Source: Sphingomonadaceae bacterium (GTDB lineage Bacteria > Pseudomonadota > Alphaproteobacteria > Sphingomonadales > Sphingomonadaceae). Taken from it: 40,619 nucleotides of DNA. The notes below the pieces were generated by a model. That model was not told where the DNA came from and searched no databases. It saw nothing but the letters and a program-made list of their open reading frames with translations. Shown piece by piece: positions 18,182-26,982 of this stretch. The position numbers and the translations under genes were made by a program. The stretch spans positions 1 through 40,619 of the forward strand of contig RFSU01000001.1 of NCBI GenBank assembly GCA_009923795.1, written 5' to 3'. Each line of letters begins with the position of its first letter. Position 1 is the stretch's first letter.

Positions 18182-20344
18182 TTAGCGCGGACGCACGTCC
18201 AGCCCGGTCCATTTCGCAACGAACGACCAAAGATCAGCAGTTTCAGAGACAATCTTGTCAGTCGGCTTGCCCGACCCATGCCCGGCGCGCGTTTCAATGC
18301 GGATGAGACGCGGCTTTGTGCCCAAATCTGCCGCCTGCAAGGCCGCTGTATACTTAAAGCTATGGCCGGGGACGACCCGGTCATCCGTATCCGCCGTTGT
18401 CACAAGGATCGCAGGATATTGCTTGCCAGCCGCGATGTTATGATAGGGCGAATAGGCCTTTAAGACCCCAAAATCTTTAGCCTTTCCGGGATCGCCATAA
18501 TCATCCACCCAATAGCGACCAGCGGTGAAGCGATTAAACCGGAGCATATCCATAACGCCGACGGCCGGCAGGGCCGCGGCAAAGAGGTCGGGCCGTTGAT
18601 TCACAACCGCCCCAATCAGCAGCCCCCCATTAGACCGCCCTTCAATCGCAAGTTTGCCAACACCACTAATGCCCTCGGCAATCAAATATTCACCGGCGGC
18701 AATAAAATCATCAAACACATTCTGCTTTTGCGCCAGACGCCCAGCATCGTGCCACTCTTTGCCATATTCTCCGCCGCCGCGCAGGTTCGCGATGGCATAG
18801 ACTCCGCCCTGTTCCAGCCAAGCAATGCGGGTTGGGCTGAAGGACGGCGTCATTGAAATATTAAACCCGCCATAGCCATATAAAATGGTCGGTGCGCCAG
18901 CGGGTGTACCCTTACGCTTGATAACATAGAGCGGAATGCGTGTGCCATCCTTTGACGAATAGAACAGCTGACTGGTTTCATAATCGGCCGGATCAAAAGC
19001 GAGTTTCGGTTTGAAGAACGCCTCCATCTGCCCCGTTGCCGTATCAAACCGATAGACGGTCGGCGGGGAGGCAAAGCTTGAGAAGGTAAAGAAGGTTTCT
19101 GGGTCACCGCCCTTCCCGCCAAAGCCTGCCGCAGTCCCGATAGAGGGGAGCGTCACCATCGATACAGGCTGACCTTTGAGATCGCGGACCTCAACCTCTG
19201 AGCGCGCATCCCCCAAATATGCGAGGATCATTCGGTCTCCGACCAGCGATGTGCCCACCAGTGTCGCCTTTGCCTGCGGCACAATTTCCGACAGCGTAAC
19301 GGGCTTCGCCACATCCATCGCGACCAGTCGACCCCGCGGTGCATCTTTGTTCGTCAGAAAGTAAAAGGTTGAACCAACTGAACCCGCCAATTCCCAATTA
19401 TGGTTCAGCCCTGGCACCAGCGGACGAAAGCGGATGGGCTTGGTCACGCTGCCGGCCTGCTCAAGCGACCCGATTGTCAGCTCATAGCGATCATCCGTTC
19501 CCCCGGAACTGGTGATCAGCAGATATTGGCCATCATCCGTCACCTGTGCTGAATGGCCGAGCAGGGGCCTATCTTGCGTGGCATAGACTTGGCGATCTTG
19601 CGCCTGAGACGTGCCCAGCTGATGGTAAAAGACCGTTTGGTTCGTGTTCACCGACTGAAACTCTGCGTTCGAATCCGGTTCTGCAAAGCGGGAATAGAAA
19701 AAGCCCTTATTGTCCTTCGTCCAGCTGATGTTGGAGAATTTCACCCAGCGCAGCTCATCTCCCAGCTGCTCCCCGGTTTCGACATCCATCACGCGCACGA
19801 TCCGCCAATCAGTGCCACCGTCTTGAACCGTATAGACAAGGTAGCGGCCGTCGCCCGACGGGTGCCATTCGGCGAGCGCCGTTGCACCATCCTTGGCCCA
19901 GCCATTGGGATCGATCAGAACACGCGGTGTGCCCGTCAATCCATCCTGCACCATCAAGACAGACTGGTTCTGGCGGCCATCATTGCGTGAGAAGAAATAG
20001 CGGTTGCCTGCCTTGCGCGGCGTGCCGATCCGGTCAAAATCAAACAAGATCTTCAGCCGCTCAGCAAATATATCGCGTCCGGGCAGAGTTTTCAGATAGT
20101 CTTGTGTGATCTGGTTCTGGGCATCCACCCAGCCGCGCACCTCTGAATCAACGCGAACGTCATTTTCCAGCCAGCGATAAGGGTCGGCCACCTTCACCCC
20201 AAATTGGTCTTCAACAAGATCGGTCGCGCGCGTTGGCGGATAGGCCAAGCGCGGAACTGGAGGCACAGGATCAGGAATCGCAGCCAAAAGAGATGTCGAC
20301 ATGAATAGGCTCACAATAGCAGGAACAAGACGCCGCATCTCCAC
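18182..20344 (-). CDS. Prolyl oligopeptidase (S9A), exported
   Basis: DPYRWLE, YGYGGF, GRSNGG (Ser), DDRV (Asp), AGHG (His), plus a signal peptide. Confidence 0.95.
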   Translation of the reverse strand: MEMRRLVPAIVSLFMSTSLLAAIPDPVPPVPRLAYPPTRATDLVEDQFGVKVADPYRWLENDVRVDSEVRGWVDAQNQITQDYLKTLPGRDIFAERLKILFDFDRIGTPRKAGNRYFFSRNDGRQNQSVLMVQDGLTGTPRVLIDPNGWAKDGATALAEWHPSGDGRYLVYTVQDGGTDWRIVRVMDVETGEQLGDELRWVKFSNISWTKDNKGFFYSRFAEPDSNAEFQSVNTNQTVFYHQLGTSQAQDRQVYATQDRPLLGHSAQVTDDGQYLLITSSGGTDDRYELTIGSLEQAGSVTKPIRFRPLVPGLNHNWELAGSVGSTFYFLTNKDAPRGRLVAMDVAKPVTLSEIVPQAKATLVGTSLVGDRMILAYLGDARSEVEVRDLKGQPVSMVTLPSIGTAAGFGGKGGDPETFFTFSSFASPPTVYRFDTATGQMEAFFKPKLAFDPADYETSQLFYSSKDGTRIPLYVIKRKGTPAGAPTILYGYGGFNISMTPSFSPTRIAWLEQGGVYAIANLRGGGEYGKEWHDAGRLAQKQNVFDDFIAAGEYLIAEGISGVGKLAIEGRSNGGLLIGAVVNQRPDLFAAALPAVGVMDMLRFNRFTAGRYWVDDYGDPGKAKDFGVLKAYSPYHNIAAGKQYPAILVTTADTDDRVVPGHSFKYTAALQAADLGTKPRLIRIETRAGHGSGKPTDKIVSETADLWSFVAKWTGLDVRPR

Positions 20345-20456
20345 AACCCCCCTGAAATCAAATCAAAAAAACCATAATCCTGTCCTAGCGGCTGCATTCA
20401 CGCCATTGCAAGCGGGCACGGCTTGAACGAAACTGGATCCAAAGGAGATAAACACC

Positions 20457-22202
20457 ATGCGCTTTTTTGCCACTGCCCTTTTGGTTGCGGTTTCGACGCC
20501 TGCCCTTGCGGCCCCTTCGGATGATCTAAAGGCCGTGATTAGCGATCACTGGCAATGGTGGCTGAAAGAAAATCCCGTGGCGGCAACATCTTTGAGCGTT
20601 CGGGATTATGATGACAAAGTCTCGGACATCAGCCTTGCAGCGCAAGATCGATCAGCAAAGGACGCCCAAGGGTTGCTCGACCGTTTGACGGCGATCCCAG
20701 AAGCGGATCTGTCGGATACAGAGCGGGCGAATAAGGGCGTGCTGGCCCGCATCCTGTCCGAGCAAATTGAGGGCAACCGCTTTGGTCAGCGAACAATGTT
20801 GTTCACGACATATGAAAACCCCTATCAAAGCTTTGCCGGTCTTGGCGATTACGTCCCGCTGTTCACCGCACGCAATTATCGCAGCTATCTTGCCCGCCTC
20901 TCCCAATTTCCAAAGATGAATGCGGACATCATCGCCATTACGAAACAGGCCATTGCGCGGGGCTTTGTTCAGCCATGCGACGCCATGGGCGCATTTGAAC
21001 GGACAATTGACGGAGCCGTTGCCGGACCTGCTGAAGAGACGCGGTTTTACGGGCCGTTTAAGCGGGCAAAACCGGCTGATCTAACGGACGCCGAATGGGC
21101 GGAGATGAAGGCTGAGGCCATCCGCCTGATCCGCGATGTCTTAACACCTGCTTATCACCAGTTTTCGGCCTTTTATGTGAAAGACTATCAACCCAAATGC
21201 GCCAAGCGCGTGGGGGCGTCCTTCCTGCCCGGCGGCCCAGCCTATTATGCCTTTCGCGCCAGAACGCACACCACGACCAATTTGACGCCAGACCAAATTC
21301 ACCAGATCGGCCTGTCCGAAGTGACGCGCATTTTGAAACGGATGGACGAAGTGGCCAAATCGGCCGGCTATCCCGACCGCCAGACGATGATTGCCAAGCT
21401 GCGATCTGACCCAGCTTATTATGCGACGACGCCAGAACAATTGATGCAGGCCGCCGCGCGACAGGCCAAGCTGATCGACGGAAAGCTGCCCCAATATTTC
21501 GGCAAGTTGCCCCGCCTGACCTATGGCCTGCGCGAAATTCCTAAGGAAACGGCGGAGACGACGACCACGGCCTATTACGCCTCTGGCTCTTTGGCAGGCG
21601 GCATTGCTGGGTTCTACTATGTCAACACATCAAAGCTGAACCAACGCCCAATCTATGAATTGCCCGCGCTCACCGCGCATGAGGCCGTGCCCGGCCATCA
21701 TTTTCAGGGTGCTTTACAGCAGGAAATTGACCTACCAGATTTTCGCAAACACGCCGCCTGGTTCACCGCCTATGGTGAAGGATGGGGACTGTATTCCGAA
21801 TATCTGGGCGAAGAAATGGGCCTATATGATACGCCGGAAAAGATGATGGGTCGCCTGTCGTACGAGATGTGGCGCGCCTGCCGATTGGTCGTAGATACGG
21901 GCCTGCACAGCAAGGGCTGGACCAAGGCACAGGCGATCAAGTTCATGACCGAAAATTCAGCACTGAGTGCGGCCAATATTGAGGCAGAGGTCAATCGCTA
22001 TATCTCATGGCCCGGCCAAGCACTCGGCTATAAAATCGGGGAGATTAAGATCCGCGAATTGCGGGCGAAGGCCGAGGCCGCACTGGGGCCGAAGTTCGAC
22101 CTGCGCCGCTTCCACGATGCGGTGCTGGGCCAAGGCGCTGTTCCGCTGGATGTGTTGGAAAGTGCCATCACCCGCTGGATTGCAGCGGAACAGGCGCGAT
22201 AA
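20457..22202 (+). CDS. DUF885-family exported protein (putative metallopeptidase)
   Basis: Signal peptide and motifs HEAVPGHH, EGWGLYSE, RACRLVVDTGLH, RYISWPGQALGY and FHDAVL. Confidence 0.9.
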   Translation: MRFFATALLVAVSTPALAAPSDDLKAVISDHWQWWLKENPVAATSLSVRDYDDKVSDISLAAQDRSAKDAQGLLDRLTAIPEADLSDTERANKGVLARILSEQIEGNRFGQRTMLFTTYENPYQSFAGLGDYVPLFTARNYRSYLARLSQFPKMNADIIAITKQAIARGFVQPCDAMGAFERTIDGAVAGPAEETRFYGPFKRAKPADLTDAEWAEMKAEAIRLIRDVLTPAYHQFSAFYVKDYQPKCAKRVGASFLPGGPAYYAFRARTHTTTNLTPDQIHQIGLSEVTRILKRMDEVAKSAGYPDRQTMIAKLRSDPAYYATTPEQLMQAAARQAKLIDGKLPQYFGKLPRLTYGLREIPKETAETTTTAYYASGSLAGGIAGFYYVNTSKLNQRPIYELPALTAHEAVPGHHFQGALQQEIDLPDFRKHAAWFTAYGEGWGLYSEYLGEEMGLYDTPEKMMGRLSYEMWRACRLVVDTGLHSKGWTKAQAIKFMTENSALSAANIEAEVNRYISWPGQALGYKIGEIKIRELRAKAEAALGPKFDLRRFHDAVLGQGAVPLDVLESAITRWIAAEQAR

Positions 22203-22239
22203 GGCGGAGAGTGCAAAAACCACTTTCCTACATCTAACC

Positions 22240-22286
22240 TATCTGGTTATCTCTGATTCGTATTTTGAACCGGAGATAACCAGATG
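22240..22286 (+). promoter_or_regulatory. Long hairpin covering the holin RBS and start codon
   Basis: ATCTGGTTATCTC (22241-22253) is the perfect reverse complement of GAGATAACCAGAT (22273-22285). The stem extends inward with G-U pairs. Confidence 0.65.
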
Positions 22287-22697
22287 TCGCTCATCGAAGG
22301 CATATTGTCCCCCATCACCCAATTGCTCGATAAGATCATTCCCGATCCCCGCGCCCGGGATGCAGCGAAGCTTGAGCTGCTGAAACTTCAGGGATCGCAA
22401 GAAATGGATGTCCTGCGGGTTCAGCTGTCCGCCATTGTGGCCGAGGCTGGATCGACCGACCCTTGGACAAGCCGGGCGCGACCCAGCTTCCTCTATGTCA
22501 TGTACGCCATGATCCTATGGGCAATCCCCATGGGCTTGATCGCGTCCGTCCGCCCAGACATGGCAAAGGCCATTGCCACGGGCATGAACGCCTATCTGGC
22601 GGGCATCCCCGAACCCCTTTGGGCGCTCTTTGGCACAGGCTATCTTGGCTACACCGCCGCCCGCCAATGGGGAAAGGCCAAGGGAGTGGATAAATAG
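22284..22697 (+). CDS. 3TM holin family protein (GTA-holin-like)
   Basis: LLDKIIPDP...AKLELL, DPWTSRARP, hydrophobic helices, GYLGYTAARQWGK and a basic C-terminus. Confidence 0.78.
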   Translation: MSLIEGILSPITQLLDKIIPDPRARDAAKLELLKLQGSQEMDVLRVQLSAIVAEAGSTDPWTSRARPSFLYVMYAMILWAIPMGLIASVRPDMAKAIATGMNAYLAGIPEPLWALFGTGYLGYTAARQWGKAKGVDK

Positions 22698-22740
22698 GCA
22701 CTGCTTGCCTTGCCCCCTGCCCGCTGATAGCGGCGATGCC

Positions 22741-23319
22741 ATGTTCAACGACACGACAACGCCGCTTTCGCTCCTCCTCTCCCGCAGATCGGGCAAGCCG
22801 CGCGATATGATCGCCCCCGGCCCGGATGCAGCGCAGATGGGCAACATCCTGCACGCGGCAAGCCGCGTTCCCGACCATGGAAAACTTGCCCCTTGGCGCT
22901 TCATTGTGGTCGGCGCGGATCAGCGGGAGGCGCTGGCCGCTCTGTTGACCAAGGCCTATCGGGCGGAAAAGCCCGATGCAGGTCGGCTCGAGCTAGACGC
23001 GATGGAGCAATTCGCCCGGCAAGCACCTTCGCTGGTCGTTGTGCTTTCTTCTCCTAAGAAGGAGAGCAAAATTCCGCTTTGGGAGCAGGAGCTGTCGGTG
23101 GGTGCGGCCTGCATGCAATTGCTGAATGCCGTTCACGCGCAAGGGTTTGTCGGTGGCTGGCTGACGGGGTGGCCCAGCTACTCAGCGGCGGTTCATGCAG
23201 CATTTGGATCGGAGGAGGAGAGGATTGCAGGCTTTATCTTCATCGGCTCCCCCAGCAAAGCGCAGGAAGAGCGGCCCCGCCCGGAACCAGATGCCGTCAT
23301 AAGTCACTGGATTATCTAA
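22741..23319 (+). CDS. Nitroreductase (YdjA-like)
   Basis: Motifs SRRS, RVPDHGKLAPWRF, WEQELSVGAAC, WLTGW and GFIFIG. Confidence 0.9.
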   Translation: MFNDTTTPLSLLLSRRSGKPRDMIAPGPDAAQMGNILHAASRVPDHGKLAPWRFIVVGADQREALAALLTKAYRAEKPDAGRLELDAMEQFARQAPSLVVVLSSPKKESKIPLWEQELSVGAACMQLLNAVHAQGFVGGWLTGWPSYSAAVHAAFGSEEERIAGFIFIGSPSKAQEERPRPEPDAVISHWII

Positions 23320-23365
23320 CGCATTATTTTCGTGACACGCCACTGCCTTGCTGTATTAAGGTGGC

Positions 23366-23722
23366 ATGACAGCAGCCAGCTTTGACGAAATCCCGGTTTA
23401 CCTGCGCCTGCGCGGGATGCTGGCGTTTGAGATTATTGAGGGCAGATATGCGGAGGGCGATCAATTGCCGTCTGTGCGGGCCTTTGCGGCGTCCACAGGC
23501 ACCAATCCGCTGACCGTCGCCAAAGCCTATCAGACCCTACAGGATGACGGGCATGTGGTTGTAAAGCGCGGGGTGGGCATGTTTATTGCCCCCGGTGCGG
23601 TCAACGCCCTTAAGGTGCAAGAGCGGGACGTGTTCCTAACGCGCATATGGCCGCGCATGCGCACCCTGATTGAGCGGCTGGATCTCGACCTCGCCGATCT
23701 GATGGACACAGAACCCGCCTGA
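23366..23722 (+). CDS. GntR-family regulator (short, YtrA-like)
   Basis: QLPSVR, NPLTVAKAY and RGVGMF, with a very short C-terminal domain (118 aa total). Confidence 0.9.
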   Translation: MTAASFDEIPVYLRLRGMLAFEIIEGRYAEGDQLPSVRAFAASTGTNPLTVAKAYQTLQDDGHVVVKRGVGMFIAPGAVNALKVQERDVFLTRIWPRMRTLIERLDLDLADLMDTEPA

Positions 23723-23740
23723 GCCGCAGCCTCGGCGGCG

Positions 23741-24982
23741 TTAGGCCCCGACGAGCAACCCGGCCAGCGCCGCGCTCATCAAATTGGCAAGGCTGCCCGC
23801 CAGCAAGGCCTTCAACCCCAAACGCGCAATGACGGCCCGCTGATTGGGGGCAAGACCCCCTGTGACCGCCATCTGAATGGCGATAGAGCTGAAATTCGCA
23901 AAGCCGCACAAGGCAAAGGTGACAACCGCAACCGTGGTGGCGGAGAGGGTTTGCTTCATCGGGCCAAGTTGGGAAAAGGCGACAAATTCATTGAGCACAA
24001 TCTTGGTGCCAAACAGGCCGCCTGCCGCCTGTGCTTCAGACCAAGGCACGTTCAGCATGAACATGACGGGCGCAAAGAGCCAACCCACAATCTGCTGAAA
24101 GCTTAAGTCCGGATAGCCAAACCAGCTGCCCACACCCGCAAGCAAGCCATTGGCCAGCGCCACAAGAGCAACGAAGGAGAGCACCATTGCCCCAACTGCA
24201 ACGGCAAGTCGCACGCCCGTCTGCGCGCCTTCGGCCGCCGCCATGATGATGTTGGCTGGCTTTTCATCGCCAAAGCGAATTTCGCCTTCGACAATTGGTT
24301 CCTTGCCATAGTCGGCGGGATCATCCGGCATCATCAGCTTAGCCATCAAAATACCGCCGGGGGCAGACATGAAGCTCGCGGCGAGCAGATAGGGCAGAAT
24401 GTCATTGCCAAGCATCGATGCATAGGCCGCAAGGATCGTCCCCGCGACGCCTGCCATACCGACCGTCATGATCGTGAACAATTGGGCTGGCGTCATAGTT
24501 TGCAAATAGGGCCGAATGACCAAAGGCGCTTCGCTTTGCCCCACAAAGATGTTTGCGGCCGCGCCAAGCGATTCCACCTTCGTGACGCCCGTTGCCTTTT
24601 GAATGCCGCCGCCAATCCATTTCACAACAAATTGCATGATGCCGAGATAATAGAGGATCGACACAAGGCTGGCGAAGAAGATGATCACGGGCAGCGCGGA
24701 AATGGCAAAGCTAAACCCTCCCAATTCCGGCTTGGCGAGATTGCCAAACAAAAAATCCACACCGGCACGGGCATAGCTCAACAAATTGCTGACCCCTTGG
24801 GCCATGGTTTCGATGACGAGTTTGCCGGCGGGCACATAGAGAACGAGAACAGCGATAAGCGCCTGAAGGCCGAAGGCGGCACCAACGACACGCGGGCGAA
24901 TGGCCCGGCGGTTCGATGAAAAGGCAATGGCAATCAATAGGATGAGGGCAATGCCCGCAAAACCGATCAGCAAACGCTGCAT
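23741..24982 (-). CDS. nupC: Concentrative nucleoside transporter (NupC/CNT family)
   Basis: Motifs LPVIIFF, NIFVGQSEAP, KIVLNEFVA, FALCGFANFSS and ANLMSAALAG. Confidence 0.93.
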   Translation of the reverse strand: MQRLLIGFAGIALILLIAIAFSSNRRAIRPRVVGAAFGLQALIAVLVLYVPAGKLVIETMAQGVSNLLSYARAGVDFLFGNLAKPELGGFSFAISALPVIIFFASLVSILYYLGIMQFVVKWIGGGIQKATGVTKVESLGAAANIFVGQSEAPLVIRPYLQTMTPAQLFTIMTVGMAGVAGTILAAYASMLGNDILPYLLAASFMSAPGGILMAKLMMPDDPADYGKEPIVEGEIRFGDEKPANIIMAAAEGAQTGVRLAVAVGAMVLSFVALVALANGLLAGVGSWFGYPDLSFQQIVGWLFAPVMFMLNVPWSEAQAAGGLFGTKIVLNEFVAFSQLGPMKQTLSATTVAVVTFALCGFANFSSIAIQMAVTGGLAPNQRAVIARLGLKALLAGSLANLMSAALAGLLVGA

Positions 24983-25085
24983 TTCAAAACCCCCCCATGC
25001 CGGACGATGACAGCCCGACCTTCATTCCCATGACTTCTATCGCGCAACCCGGTGCCATGCCAGCGCGATTGCGATCAGATTGACC

Positions 25086-26609
25086 TTAATAAGTGCGTCC
25101 TATCAAAATACGTTCCACCGCTTTTTCGTCGGTGAAGAAGCAGGGGCCATCGGCGGGGGCTGCATCTTGCGGTGTATTGCGCATGGTGAGCTTCAGCGCC
25201 TTGAGTTGATCGACGATCTTGGAGAGTGCGTCGCCCGTGGGCCGCGCCCATTGCACTTCGACCCAGCCGACAAATGTGTCATCCGCTGCAAAATGGGCTG
25301 CCAAATCGGTTACATCCCGGCGGATATTGGTCTCCATTCGCGCTTTCGCTTCGGTGAACAGCGCCTGTTCAAGATCGACCAGCGTGTCGGCCACACTGCC
25401 GACAAATTCGGCTCGCGGGATAAAGGCGGAGGCCAATTTGCCATCATCCTTATACAGCCTGTCCCGACGCAGGACGGCGACATTGCCGCCCGCCACATCG
25501 CGCGGGCCAACTTCGACAAGGATCGGCGCGCCCTTTTTGACCCAGGCCCAACGCTTATTCGAGGCCTTGGTCGCCTTGGTATCGAGCAGCACGCGCAGCG
25601 GCTCTCCAAAGGCCGCCTTGCCGCGCAGATCCGCTGCCAGACTGCGGCAATAGTCAAGAATGGCTTCGTCCTCATCGGTATCGCGCAGCATGGGGATGAT
25701 CACCACCTGTTGCGGGGCGACCTGTGGCGGGCAACGCAGACCATCATCATCGCCATGCGTCATGATGACGCCACCAATAAGGCGCGTCGACACGCCCCAG
25801 CTGGTCGTGTGGCAATATTGCTGCGTACCTTCCTTATCCTGATAGCGAATGCCCGCGGCTTCCGAGAAGCCCGTGCCCAGATAGTGGGAGGTCCCGGCCT
25901 GAAGCGCCTTGCCATCCTGCATCATCGCTTCGATGGAATAGGTGGCTACGGCGCCGGGGAAACGCTCATTCTCTGGCTTTTCACCCGCCACGACGGGCAT
26001 GGCGAGCGGCCCTTGGGCAAAGGCGCGATACATTTCGAGCGCGCGCAGCGTCTCTGTCATCGCATCGGCCCGATCAGCATGGGCCGTATGCCCTTCTTGC
26101 CACAGAAATTCCGACGTGCGCAGGAACATGCGGGTGCGCATTTCCCAACGCACGACATTGGCCCATTGATTGGTCAGCATTGGCAAATCCCGCCAGCTCT
26201 GGATCCAGCGGCTCATGGCCGCTCCAATGACCGTTTCCGAGGTCGGGCGCACAACGAGCGGCTCTTCCAACTTTGAGTCCGGATCGGGCACAAGCTTGCC
26301 CTTGCCATCGCCAATCAGGCGGTGGTGGGTGACAACCGCCATTTCCTTGGCAAAGCCTTCCACATGGTCGGCCTCTTTTTCAAAGAAGGACAAAGGGATG
26401 AACAACGGAAAATAGCAATTCTCCACCCCGGCCAACTTGATCTGCGCATCCATAAGCTTTTGGATGCGTTCCCAAATGCCATAGCCCCAAGGACGAATGA
26501 CCATGCAGCCCCGAACGCCGGATTCCTCGGCAAGGTCGGCTTCAGAGATGACCTCCTGATACCAAGCTGCAAAATTTTGGGCGCGGGTGGTGGTGAGTGC
26601 GTGCTTCAT
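25086..26609 (-). CDS. proS: Proline--tRNA ligase, archaeal/eukaryotic type
   Basis: Motifs VRGCMVIRPWGY, RPTSE, NQWANVVRWE, EFLWQEGH, QAGTSHYLG and TSWGVSTR. The C-terminus is GRTY and there is no editing insertion. Confidence 0.96.
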   Translation of the reverse strand: MKHALTTTRAQNFAAWYQEVISEADLAEESGVRGCMVIRPWGYGIWERIQKLMDAQIKLAGVENCYFPLFIPLSFFEKEADHVEGFAKEMAVVTHHRLIGDGKGKLVPDPDSKLEEPLVVRPTSETVIGAAMSRWIQSWRDLPMLTNQWANVVRWEMRTRMFLRTSEFLWQEGHTAHADRADAMTETLRALEMYRAFAQGPLAMPVVAGEKPENERFPGAVATYSIEAMMQDGKALQAGTSHYLGTGFSEAAGIRYQDKEGTQQYCHTTSWGVSTRLIGGVIMTHGDDDGLRCPPQVAPQQVVIIPMLRDTDEDEAILDYCRSLAADLRGKAAFGEPLRVLLDTKATKASNKRWAWVKKGAPILVEVGPRDVAGGNVAVLRRDRLYKDDGKLASAFIPRAEFVGSVADTLVDLEQALFTEAKARMETNIRRDVTDLAAHFAADDTFVGWVEVQWARPTGDALSKIVDQLKALKLTMRNTPQDAAPADGPCFFTDEKAVERILIGRTY

Positions 26610-26652
26610 GCCTTGCGCGTTAGCCGAGGCGCGGGGCGCACCGCAAGCCTGT

Positions 26653-26678
26653 GGAACCCAAGCATGCCTCTGTCAGTT
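26653..26678 (+). promoter_or_regulatory. EcfG (general stress sigma)-type promoter
   Basis: GGAAC-N18-GTT, 28 nt upstream of the small ORF start. Confidence 0.55.
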
Positions 26679-26706
26679 AGACCAACATCATAAAAAGGAG
26701 ATGAAT

Positions 26707-26913
26707 ATGGGCTGGCTTGGAGCATTGGTCGGTGCAGCAATTGACCGTAGGGATGGAGATAGCGGCATCAAAGGCGCGCTTATTGGCGCATCCGCAGGCC
26801 GGGTGTTGAAATCGGCCATGCCGGTTGCGGCCGCCGCGACATTGGGCTGGGTTGCCCTCTCCCTTTTAAGGCACAAACGCGCAAAGCCAGATGACGGACA
26901 AGTGACCAGCTAA
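26707..26913 (+). CDS. Small hypothetical membrane-associated protein (68 aa, glycine-zipper-like)
   Basis: AAGGAG lies 6 nt before the ATG. Sequence MGWLGALVGAAIDRRDGDSGIKGALIGA..., with a C-terminal hydrophobic helix. Confidence 0.7.
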   Translation: MGWLGALVGAAIDRRDGDSGIKGALIGASAGRVLKSAMPVAAAATLGWVALSLLRHKRAKPDDGQVTS

Positions 26914-26982
26914 AGCGCAAAAAGGCTTTGATACTGCATTGAATGGTTGCGCTGTGCGTCAGCGCGCTTAAGCGTGGCCGCT

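Noticed and set aside
22284-22697. Prophage around the holin
   Set aside because: Neighbours are host metabolic genes, with no structural, terminase, integrase or endolysin genes.
25043-25062. Sigma-54-like TGGCAC...TTGC upstream of nupC (minus strand)
   Set aside because: GG-to-GC spacing is 9 nt rather than the required 10.
25080-26276. 398-aa plus-strand ORF
   Set aside because: Antisense shadow of proS.
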